Shown piece by piece: positions 15,478 through 23,359 of a stretch of DNA of 33,326 bases. The stretch covers positions 1 through 33,326 of the IMG/VR virus record IMGVR_UViG_3300010362_000064, one strand, 5' to 3'. The translations under genes and the position numbers were made by a program. The notes under the pieces were generated by a model. That model saw only the letters and a program-made list of their open reading frames with translations. It was not told the DNA's origin and did not search any database. Origin of the DNA: a virus (lineage: Duplodnaviria; Caudoviricetes). The stretch's first letter is position 1. Each line of letters begins with the position of its first letter.

Positions 15478-17201
15478 CAGCTCGTCCCCGGCTCCAGATC
15501 GAGCCACGCCCCGACCAGCGACCACGCCACCGGATCACTCACCGTCACCTCGAAGACCGTATCGCGCGCATGCCCGAGCCGCCGTGCGATCGCGCGCTTG
15601 GTGTACTCCCCCATCCGCCCCGCGCCCATCAGCACCGGTTCGCTCCACGTGTGCCCGCCGTCGCGCGACAGCCGCAGCATGACGATCGGATCACCGCCGG
15701 TGGCGAGGCCCACGCCGCGCTCGAGGTCGAGCTCGAACTTTTTGTAGAAGATCCGCACGTGCTCGGTGTCGAGGTGCGGCGCGCGGCGCAAGCGGCGGAT
15801 GTAGCGCGCGTCGAGGTCGTAGGACGGCGCGACGTAGGGCGGCAGATCCTCGGGGCCCGGCGGCTCGGGTGGTTCGGGTGGCGTGTCTGGCGGCGCATAC
15901 GGCGGGAGCGGGGGCAGCGTCACGAAGGGACAGCAGTCCGAGTGCCCGAAGCGCGTCGGACTCGTGCCCGGCGTGCCCAGATACTCGCCGGCGTGATACT
16001 GCGGGGCATCGAACGTCGCGAGGAGCGCGCCATCGCTCGCCCGACGTTTCTCAAAGGTCGACAGCCCGTTCACGGCGCCGGTCGCCGTATCGGCCTGATA
16101 GATCCAGACCCAGAACGCCGTCGGATCATCGATCGCCTGCGTCAAATGATGGAGAAAGATCCCGTGCCCGCCGTAGGGATACGTGTAGGGGATGCTGTTC
16201 AACAGTGCGCCGGCCGCGTTGTAGCGCCGGATCTCGTTCGCGAACGTGCTCGTGTTCTTGACATACGCCGCGATGATGGACCCGTCATTGAGCACGAGCA
16301 GATCGGCGACCATGTTGGTGTAGGGCGCGACGGCCGCCACGAGATCGCTCATCGCCGTGTTCGTCGTCAGGCTCCAGCGTTTGATCGCGGTGCCGCTCGA
16401 CGAACTGAGGTAATAGAGGATGCTCCCATCGTGTGCCGGAGCCATGGCGAGGATCGAGGCCGATCCCAGCGGCAACGTCCACGTTGTCGGGCCGAGCACA
16501 CCCGCCGTCGAGAACGTGGACACGACGGGCACGACGCCGGTCCAATGCCCCGGCTCCGCGATATAGAACGTGTTCGACCGGTTGCTCGTGATCGGCGGAT
16601 TACGCACATGTGGATAACTCGGACTCGCGATGAGCGTCAAGGTCGCATCGTAGAGGCGCAGCACACTGTCGTCCGAGCGGTCATGCCAGAGCGAGATCCC
16701 GCTCGGGAGCATCTCAGCCGTCTCGCCGGCCGGGAAGTTCGGTCGGTACTGCGTGACGGTGCCATCGGTCCCGGTGTAGATCGCGAGCGGATAGTCGGGG
16801 ACATCATCATTGATGCCGATCGCGCCGGAGCCCGACGACAGGTTCTGCGCCCGGCCGGTCGAGATCGCGAGCAGCGCGGCGCTCGGTGTGCCGCTGGATT
16901 GCCGCACCCGAAAGAAATAGTGCGTCGTGACGTCTACAGTGATCGTGATCGGTTTCGTCGTCGTGATCCCGAGGGCGGTCAAGCTCGACGCGGTGCCCGT
17001 GTACACATCGGTCTGCGGCAGGTAGCCCGTCGCGGCATTGCCGTTCGCCCAGAAACTCATGACGATATCGGCGGACACCGGCACGTAGGTGTACCAGACC
17101 TCGTAATTCGGCGGGGTCGCCCCGATCACGTCCTGCACCGTGCTGTAGGGCATCGTCAGGACGGTCGCGGTCGCGGCGGTGGTGTTGGTCGGGGGCGGCA
17201 T
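15477..17201 (-). CDS. Fusion: PPC-like domain, beta-propeller, Pro linker and C-terminal domain of the gp10 tail hub
   Basis: Last ~110 aa IRRLRRAPHL...FELDLERGVG...VMLRLSRDGGHTWS...GRMGEY...RRLGHARD.VFEVTVSDPV match the gp10 C-terminus. Confidence 0.8.
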   Translation of the reverse strand: MPPPTNTTAATATVLTMPYSTVQDVIGATPPNYEVWYTYVPVSADIVMSFWANGNAATGYLPQTDVYTGTASSLTALGITTTKPITITVDVTTHYFFRVRQSSGTPSAALLAISTGRAQNLSSGSGAIGINDDVPDYPLAIYTGTDGTVTQYRPNFPAGETAEMLPSGISLWHDRSDDSVLRLYDATLTLIASPSYPHVRNPPITSNRSNTFYIAEPGHWTGVVPVVSTFSTAGVLGPTTWTLPLGSASILAMAPAHDGSILYYLSSSSGTAIKRWSLTTNTAMSDLVAAVAPYTNMVADLLVLNDGSIIAAYVKNTSTFANEIRRYNAAGALLNSIPYTYPYGGHGIFLHHLTQAIDDPTAFWVWIYQADTATGAVNGLSTFEKRRASDGALLATFDAPQYHAGEYLGTPGTSPTRFGHSDCCPFVTLPPLPPYAPPDTPPEPPEPPGPEDLPPYVAPSYDLDARYIRRLRRAPHLDTEHVRIFYKKFELDLERGVGLATGGDPIVMLRLSRDGGHTWSEPVLMGAGRMGEYTKRAIARRLGHARDTVFEVTVSDPVAWSLVGAWLDLEPGTS

Positions 17202-18322
17202 CAGAGCCCCACCACGCCATCGGTGTACGTCAAAGCGTCCAAGTGATAGACCGCCGGACTCTGCCGATCGCCCACCAAGTGTTTGTCAAACGTGAACGTG
17301 TGACAGCGCGCGAGATGCGGCGTCCACTCGAGCAAGGTTGGATCCCACAGCGACCGCTCGTGCCACGCCCCCGTCGCCGCGTCGAACACCCACGTGGTTT
17401 CTGCCGAGGGGATGTAGAAGCAGGCGAACGCGTGGCCGCGCTCCTGATAGCTCCATGCGATCGTGTCGTCCATCCGCGGGAGCACGGCCCACGCCTGCTC
17501 GACCGCATGCGTGGAGATGCGCTGCGGCGCGTAGCCCTGCGCGCGATACGCCACGCGCCCGCCGTCCTCGTTCTGCCCGTGCCAGAACAAGGCGTTATCG
17601 ACGACCGTCCAGCCGAAGCGCGAGCCGATGCCCTGCTGGATGAACGCGCCGGGAATCGGCGCGAACGGGAAATCGGGATCGCCGATATCCGCCCACACCG
17701 TCGTCGAGGAACTGCCGAGCAGCCACACTTCGCGGTGCACGGGGACGAGCGCCCGCACGATGCCCGTGGTTTGACTCACTTGTGCGACGTCGAGCGGATC
17801 CCACGTCGTGCCGTCCTCGAGCGCGGAGATCTGAAAGAGATCGCTTTGCGCTTTGAGCGCGAGGAAGTAGCCATCGACAAACGCGCCCATCGAGCACGGC
17901 GTGGCGACGAAATCGCCGGTCGTGATCTCACTGAAGGCATTCGTGTCGAGGTTGAAGATGAAGGCGCGGCCCGCGCTGACGATGAAGAGCTGGTGGCCAT
18001 CAGAGCCGTTGCTGCTGATGGTCGCGGGGTTCGCGTCCATGCCGACGCTGCCGCGATAGACAAACGTCTGGCTCGCGAGGATCTCAAAGAAGTGCGAGCC
18101 GCCCACCGCGAAGCAGCGGCCTTCTTCGGCGAAGAGCGCGCGGACGGGACCGGCGCCGAGGACGACGAAGGGATCCAAGCCGGGGGTGGGGACGAGCCAC
18201 GTCTTCGCTTTGGGCGTGCCGGTGGCAATTTCGCTGAACCAATTGATGGTGCGCTCACTGTTGACCGTGAGAGCTTGGTTCGCGTCCGTGTTGCCCACGA
18301 AACCCGGGTACGCGGGACTCAC
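17201..18322 (-). CDS. Packaged DNA stabilization / tail hub protein gp10, N-terminal part
   Basis: ERTINWFSE, LVPTPGL, FVDGYF, QRISTHAVE, YQERGHAF, TWVFDAATGAWHER, HLVGD motifs; lacks the gp10 C-terminal domain. Confidence 0.88.
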   Translation of the reverse strand: MSPAYPGFVGNTDANQALTVNSERTINWFSEIATGTPKAKTWLVPTPGLDPFVVLGAGPVRALFAEEGRCFAVGGSHFFEILASQTFVYRGSVGMDANPATISSNGSDGHQLFIVSAGRAFIFNLDTNAFSEITTGDFVATPCSMGAFVDGYFLALKAQSDLFQISALEDGTTWDPLDVAQVSQTTGIVRALVPVHREVWLLGSSSTTVWADIGDPDFPFAPIPGAFIQQGIGSRFGWTVVDNALFWHGQNEDGGRVAYRAQGYAPQRISTHAVEQAWAVLPRMDDTIAWSYQERGHAFACFYIPSAETTWVFDAATGAWHERSLWDPTLLEWTPHLARCHTFTFDKHLVGDRQSPAVYHLDALTYTDGVVGL

Positions 18323-19536
18323 TGTTGTTGCCCCTGTTGCGGCTTGGCGAACTGCGAGAGGCCGAGCGTGCCCGCGACGACGGGCGGGAGGATGCCGTAC
18401 TTGCGGAGGATGTCGATCAGGGCATCGTCGAAGATGACGTAGTTGCGCGTGCCTTCGCCCTGTGCGCGAGACATCGCATCGTAATATTTGATGCCTTTCA
18501 CGCCAGCTTGTCGAAGAGCCTCTGAGGCTGTGGCTTGGGCTTCGGGTTCGCGGCCACTGCCTGCGGCTTTGAAGTTACGCGCCGCCGCGACTTGGTTGTA
18601 TGCCTCTCCCCCATGTGCCGATTCAACGTAGTTGCGAAATGCGTCCATCGCAGCTTCGGGCGATGCAGCGTTCACATCATGAATGATGCGACCATCACCA
18701 CCGGGACTAACGACGGTCACGCTGTAACTACCATCGCGAAGCTTGACCGGTCGCACATCACCCATAGCACCAACCATCGCTTGGCGAATCGCTTCTGGTT
18801 GTTCACTGAGCGGTGTGTCCCAGTCGAGGAAGTGGGCGGGATCGGCGGCGATGTTCACTTCATACATGCGACCTTGAAACGGTTTCACGCGTCCCGTGAG
18901 ATCGTGCGTTTTGAGCGCGTCCAGCGTCTCGGCTTCCTGCACATACGCGGGCGTCCCCGGCGTCAGATACTTCAGCGCATCTTCAGACTCGCGAATCGCC
19001 TGCGCCTGCAACCCGCCCGCATAGTGCTTTGACAGCGCGGCGCGCTCCAGCGGTGTGAGTTGATTTGAGGGTGTCGCGCCGTTCACCACTTTGTCGTCAA
19101 GCAGAATCGACTTCGTCATGTCCTCAGGGAACTCTGACATGTGCCCCATCTGCGAGAGCCGTCGGCGGTACTCGCGCGCCACACCTTCCTTCTCGGCGAA
19201 GTACAACCCGTGCCCGTAGGCCTGCGCGCCTTCTCCCGTCCCGATCTTGGAGATGTCGAACTTCTCGAACTCGTGCGGCGAGCCGTGATACGCCTTGATG
19301 CCCTTCGTGGCGGTGCCCGCTTCTTCGGCAGCCGTCACCAGCGCGCGGAGCGGCTTGAGCGGCGGAATCGCCGCCAGCAGTGCGCCCGCGTTGATCCACG
19401 TCGGTCCCGCCGGTCCCTGTTCGCCGAGTCCCGTCGCGCCACGGAACAGATCCATCGGCACATCGATGAGCCGCTGCCCCGCGCGCTGCCACCACGTCAG
19501 GGGCACGGGCGGCGGCGGGTTCCGGTCGTCAGGCAT
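18319..19536 (-). CDS. ADP-ribosyltransferase-like (ART-PolyVal-type) protein
   Basis: AYHGSPHEFEKFDISKIGTGEGAQAYGHGLYFAE...YEVNI...LDWD...LRQAGVKGIKYYD...TRNYVIFDD. Confidence 0.82.
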   Translation of the reverse strand: MPDDRNPPPPVPLTWWQRAGQRLIDVPMDLFRGATGLGEQGPAGPTWINAGALLAAIPPLKPLRALVTAAEEAGTATKGIKAYHGSPHEFEKFDISKIGTGEGAQAYGHGLYFAEKEGVAREYRRRLSQMGHMSEFPEDMTKSILLDDKVVNGATPSNQLTPLERAALSKHYAGGLQAQAIRESEDALKYLTPGTPAYVQEAETLDALKTHDLTGRVKPFQGRMYEVNIAADPAHFLDWDTPLSEQPEAIRQAMVGAMGDVRPVKLRDGSYSVTVVSPGGDGRIIHDVNAASPEAAMDAFRNYVESAHGGEAYNQVAAARNFKAAGSGREPEAQATASEALRQAGVKGIKYYDAMSRAQGEGTRNYVIFDDALIDILRKYGILPPVVAGTLGLSQFAKPQQGQQQ

Positions 19537-19544
19537 GAGCCGAT

Positions 19545-19742
19545 CTAGCTATCCGTGCACATGTCGCGAAACTCAAGGACGCGCTCGCCGCATCGTGTGC
19601 ACTCGACGTAGTGCCACAGTTCCTCGCCACGCCACTCGGTGAAGTTCATGCACGGTTCCAACTGGAGACGGTGTGCGAGCCGATGGCGCCAGTACCGCAA
19701 CAGCCGCCGCAAGTCACGTATCCGTGCGAATGTCGTACCCAC
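19545..19742 (-). CDS. Small protein with CxxC (start uncertain)
   Basis: VECTRCGE motif; fills the gap between gp4 and the ART gene. Confidence 0.5.
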   Translation of the reverse strand: MGTTFARIRDLRRLLRYWRHRLAHRLQLEPCMNFTEWRGEELWHYVECTRCGERVLEFRDMCTDS

Positions 19743-20424
19743 CGCCGCACCCGGTCAACGCCTCGTCCATCCCCACTTCCACATACGGCAGATTCGCGCG
19801 CTTCACATCGGCGAGACTCTCGCGCGCCATCTGCACGACCAGCGGATCGGCCTGCCGCCCGAACTCCGGCGCGAGCTCCAGCGCGAGATTGCACCGCAGC
19901 GCCCGCGCATAGCCGGGCAAGAGATCAACGGCGGTCGTGAGATCGGGGAACTCTTGCACCGGTTCGCGCCAATACAACACCAGCGTGGAGGTGACGGAAG
20001 GGACGGGCCACACCCAGATCTCCCCGAGTGGCGCGCCGCGGGTGTAACTGACCGCCTGCGGCGACGTCCCGGTCAGCGTCTTGACCGGCTGGCCCACATA
20101 GGTCTGATCGCTCGCAATGTCTAAGTAGATTTCTGCCGGCACCGCGCCGGTCGTCAGGTAGCTCGCCGCGTCGAGCGTGAGTGGCGCCGGATGGTTGATG
20201 ACGCCGCCGACGCCGAACGAGTAGGTTTGCACGCCGACCGTGAGCGGGACGAGGACGCGGCGCGGGACATACATCGTCTGCGCGTGCACGCCCCACGAAT
20301 CGATCAACTCGTTCAACCGCGCGAGGCTGTCCTGCTGCTCGGCCGACGTCGGCGTTTCGTGGCCGGCGACGACGCCGATCAGTTTCAGGCTATCGGTAAT
20401 GACCTGCAGCCCCGTGCGCGTCAT
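19714..20424 (-). CDS. Head completion / packaged DNA stabilization protein, gp4-like
   Basis: ITDSLKLIGV...LARLNELIDSW...VWPVP...LLPGYARALRCNLALELAPEFG. Confidence 0.85.
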   Translation of the reverse strand: MTRTGLQVITDSLKLIGVVAGHETPTSAEQQDSLARLNELIDSWGVHAQTMYVPRRVLVPLTVGVQTYSFGVGGVINHPAPLTLDAASYLTTGAVPAEIYLDIASDQTYVGQPVKTLTGTSPQAVSYTRGAPLGEIWVWPVPSVTSTLVLYWREPVQEFPDLTTAVDLLPGYARALRCNLALELAPEFGRQADPLVVQMARESLADVKRANLPYVEVGMDEALTGCGGGYDIRTDT

Positions 20425-20427
20425 GAG

Positions 20428-20715
20428 TTAGGCCGGGGGCGGCGCGGGATCCTGCGGCGTATCCGTGAACCCGTCGAGCGCATCGGCTTCGGCCTGGTTG
20501 ACCACGATCCGCCGCTGCCCATCGGCGTGATAGACCCACTTCGGAAATTCGGCAAAGTCCGGCGGCCGCTCGGGTGGCGTGACGACCTGCCAGCCGGCCT
20601 CGGTGGCGGTGCTCTCCTCCTCGCTACTGGCGACCATCCGCACTTCGGCGTCGTAGCCGCCGGGGACGGGCTTCAACCGGACGAGCGGTTTCGGGAACTC
20701 GGGGGGCGTCGGCAT
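20428..20715 (-). CDS. Small protein with two FPK..RIV..EE..GW repeats
   Basis: EFPKPLVR...RMVASSEEE...AGW and EFPKWVYHADGQRRIVVNQAEADAL. Confidence 0.75.
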   Translation of the reverse strand: MPTPPEFPKPLVRLKPVPGGYDAEVRMVASSEEESTATEAGWQVVTPPERPPDFAEFPKWVYHADGQRRIVVNQAEADALDGFTDTPQDPAPPPA

Positions 20716-20729
20716 GGGGTCGCTCCTCT

Positions 20730-20927
20730 TCAGGTTTTGGGAGTACTTTCAGGGGGCACGTCCGACCAGCCGCCGAGCGCCTGCAACGCGGCTTCCGCAT
20801 CGGCGGTGGCGACGACACGGTGGCCCATCTCGGCGTGGTAGAGCATCTTCGGGAACGGCTGCACGAAGGGCAGCTGATCGTCCGGGTCGACGAGTAGGGG
20901 ACCGCGCACCGGTTCTTCGTCAGCCAT
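20730..20927 (-). CDS. Small protein, one FPK..RVV..GW module
   Basis: PFPKMLYHAEMGHRVVATADAEAALQALGGW; SD AAGGAG. Confidence 0.75.
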   Translation of the reverse strand: MADEEPVRGPLLVDPDDQLPFVQPFPKMLYHAEMGHRVVATADAEAALQALGGWSDVPPESTPKT

Positions 20928-20930
20928 CGG

Positions 20931-21263
20931 TTACTCCTTCCCGGGCGTGGCGCGCCAGCCGGGGCCAAGGCGTTTGGCTTCGTCGGCGTCCTGCACGATG
21001 CGGCGGTCGCCGTTCACGTGGTAGAGCCAGCGCGGATACTCGACAATCACCGGCCCAGCCGCTGGCGGCGGGGTAAAGATCGGCGTCGCATCTGGCGGCG
21101 TCGGTTCCGGTGCCGGCGGTGGCTCAGGTTCCGGTTCCGGGACGGGTTCAGATGCGGGTTCTGGTTCCGGCACGGGCGGCTCGACGACCGGCGGCACGGG
21201 CTTCGCGGCGGCGCGCGGGCGCGGCTTCCTCGCCGACGTCGGCCGCTTGACCGCCATCGTCAT
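20931..21263 (-). CDS. Basic N-terminus, Pro/Glu linker and YPR..RIV..GW module
   Basis: Start 21263 (ATGA overlap); EYPRWLYHVNGDRRIVQDADEAKRLGPGW. Confidence 0.7.
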   Translation of the reverse strand: MTMAVKRPTSARKPRPRAAAKPVPPVVEPPVPEPEPASEPVPEPEPEPPPAPEPTPPDATPIFTPPPAAGPVIVEYPRWLYHVNGDRRIVQDADEAKRLGPGWRATPGKE

Positions 21264-22246
21264 CGCTCGTAGAGCGCCACGATGCCAGTGGCTGTCGTGT
21301 TCGTCGCATTGATCCGCCGCGCCGCCAGGGGAATCCACGCGCCCGACGGGACGGCGAGCACGACCGGCATCTGGTTGTTCTGCATGACGGCGGCGACGTT
21401 CCCGCCGGTGCCGACCCAGACGCCGTCGGTGAGCGTCGGCAGATCGACGGTATCGCTTGGGGTAATCGGCGTCCAGATGTTGTACTTGGGCATGTCGTCC
21501 TCATCGTCCCCAAAGGCCGAGGCGAAGACCGTGGCGGGGTAGAGCGTGGTGACGCCGGCGGCGTAGTGCGCGGCGATCTGCGTGGGGGTCAGCGCGGTCG
21601 TATAGAGGGCGACCTCGTCGAGACTCCCGATGTAACTAGTCGGCGATGCACCGCTCTGCCACGCACCCATAAATAGGCTCGTCGCAGGCGTCAGACTTTG
21701 ACCTGCGGTCCCGAGATCGATTTGCGCTTCAAAGGTCCCGTCGATAAAGAGACGAATGCGGTCGTGGATGGCGTCGTAGAGCCGTTCGACCACCCCCACG
21801 ACATACCGCCATTTATCCGTATTGACCGCCTGTACGGAATTGACCGTGGTCGTCGCTGAGCCGTTATTCACGCCCCAGACAATCGGTCCGGCACTCTGCA
21901 TATAGACATGAAAGCCCCGGCCCCCCCCCGCGCTCCCGCTATCGAACATGAACACGTTCCCGCCATTGGGTTTCGTGGTGCGCATCCAGAACTCAAAAGT
22001 CAGCGGGCCTGTGCCGATGGGGTAATTCTGAATCCCGGCGGCAGTAATTTTCGTGCCCGTCGCCCCATCAAACGTCATCGCCTTGTCACCATCCACCAGC
22101 GCCCCGCTCTGATTAAGTGTGACGCCACCAGAGATGGTGCCGTTGTTGCCGCCGATGACATCGACCGCCGTTGTCCCCGACGTCTCATTCAAGCGCCAGT
22201 AGGCGACGGCCCCGTCAGCAATGACTTTGTCGGAATACGCGCTCAT
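21260..22246 (-). CDS. LamG/ConA-like lectin fused to a spike-base (Rcc01079-like) domain
   Basis: GAVAYWRLNE...TFEFW...WRYVVGV...LFIDG...GSLDEVALYTTALT..QIAAHY (LamG); ITPSDTVDL...VWVGTGGNV...RRINATNTTATGIVALY (GTA head-spike base type). Confidence 0.85.
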   Translation of the reverse strand: MSAYSDKVIADGAVAYWRLNETSGTTAVDVIGGNNGTISGGVTLNQSGALVDGDKAMTFDGATGTKITAAGIQNYPIGTGPLTFEFWMRTTKPNGGNVFMFDSGSAGGGRGFHVYMQSAGPIVWGVNNGSATTTVNSVQAVNTDKWRYVVGVVERLYDAIHDRIRLFIDGTFEAQIDLGTAGQSLTPATSLFMGAWQSGASPTSYIGSLDEVALYTTALTPTQIAAHYAAGVTTLYPATVFASAFGDDEDDMPKYNIWTPITPSDTVDLPTLTDGVWVGTGGNVAAVMQNNQMPVVLAVPSGAWIPLAARRINATNTTATGIVALYER

Positions 22247-22249
22247 CGC

Positions 22250-22666
22250 TCAGTCGCCGCTCACCTGCAGGACGGGCTTGACGCGCGGCTTCCGCCCCCG
22301 CCCTTTGCGCGGCCGTTCGGGAATCTCCGGCAGGTGCCGCACCGTCGCCTCGTCAATGGCCTTCGCCTCCGCATGGGCCTTCGGCGACATGCGGCGGTCA
22401 TCCCATTGCCGCTCCGCCGCCGCCGTGCCGAGGGCCTCCTGACGCGCCGATTCGGCCTCGTAGGCGCGGGTGGACGTCGGCAGCCATCCCGTATCCGTGG
22501 CCGCCACCTCTTCCGCTTCGCTCCCCACGATCCGCTGCTCGACGTCGATGCGCCCCGCCGTCAGCGTCCCCCGAAACAGCATCTTCGGGAACTCGCGGTA
22601 GACGTAGGGCGCGTTCCACTTGCGCAGTTCTTTCTCGCGGTCGGAGAGGCCAAGCTCGTTGTCCAT
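22250..22666 (-). CDS. Protein with FPK..RIV..EE..GW module and basic tail
   Basis: REFPKMLFRG...RIVGSEAEEVAATDTGW...RPRKGRGRKPR; SD AAGGAG. Confidence 0.8.
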   Translation of the reverse strand: MDNELGLSDREKELRKWNAPYVYREFPKMLFRGTLTAGRIDVEQRIVGSEAEEVAATDTGWLPTSTRAYEAESARQEALGTAAAERQWDDRRMSPKAHAEAKAIDEATVRHLPEIPERPRKGRGRKPRVKPVLQVSGD

Positions 22667-22752
22667 GCGCTACACTCCTTGCGCCGCCTAACGCGAGGAA
22701 TCTCGAGTTCCCCGCGTGTACGGGTACCCTGCCCGGGGCGGCAATTCCCTCT

Positions 22753-23349
22753 CTACGCGAACGCGACGCTGCTGAGCGACACCGCCCCCCACGTGCCGGC
22801 GTTGGCTTCGAGTGTCACCATCGCGCCGACCTTGGCGGCGAACGTCCCAATGTCGCTCGAGCCGGCATCGCCGAGGATGCCCGCCGCATACGTCACCGTG
22901 TGCGCCGCGGCCGTCGCCGAGCGGAACGTCACCTGGAGGCCGTCCTGCGCCCGGCTCGGCGCGCCCAAGGTGATCGCCGCGGCCGTCGCTTTGGTGATCA
23001 CGTAGGTCGTGTTCTGTGTGATGTCGCTCGCGCTCAAGGTCGTATCCGCGCCGAGCGTGATGCGGTGCGGCTGCTGGGGGGCGAGGACAAAGCCGCCGAT
23101 GGGCGGATTCGGCAGGTCGGTATTCAAGCCCGTCGCGACGTCGGCGAGGATGCCGTGCGCGACCTGCGCGCTCCCATCGAGGCCGCGCCGCACCGGGATG
23201 AATGTCCCGTTCGCGGCCGCGGTCTGGGCCATCCACTCGTTGTCGACGCGGATGACCTGCCCGACCGCGAAGCCGGTGGCCGAGGTGACTTTGATTTGCG
23301 TATCGTTGGCCCCGGCCGCGGCGGCCAGGGTGGTACTCGTCAAGGCCAT
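22753..23349 (-). CDS. Capsid decoration/cement-like protein
   Basis: Start corrected to MALTSTTLAAA (SD GGAGG); directly follows coat; beta-rich IRVDNEWM...VRRG and AITLGAP...AHTVT modules. Confidence 0.7.
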   Translation of the reverse strand: MALTSTTLAAAAGANDTQIKVTSATGFAVGQVIRVDNEWMAQTAAANGTFIPVRRGLDGSAQVAHGILADVATGLNTDLPNPPIGGFVLAPQQPHRITLGADTTLSASDITQNTTYVITKATAAAITLGAPSRAQDGLQVTFRSATAAAHTVTYAAGILGDAGSSDIGTFAAKVGAMVTLEANAGTWGAVSLSSVAFA

Positions 23350-23359
23350 CGCATCCCTC

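Noticed and set aside
12469-17201. Diversity-generating retroelement or invertible tail-fibre cassette
   Set aside because: No reverse transcriptase, invertase, TR/VR pair or flanking inverted repeats seen in the window
17190-17215. Programmed -1 frameshift or intein/intron joining the gp10 halves
   Set aside because: No canonical X XXY YYZ slippery site and no intein terminal motifs (C/S...HN); TGATG is ordinary translational coupling
15333-17246. 637-aa + strand ORF
   Set aside because: Antisense shadow of the gp10-fusion gene
21100-21190. GGTTCC-like short repeats
   Set aside because: They encode a Pro/Glu linker; low-complexity coding sequence
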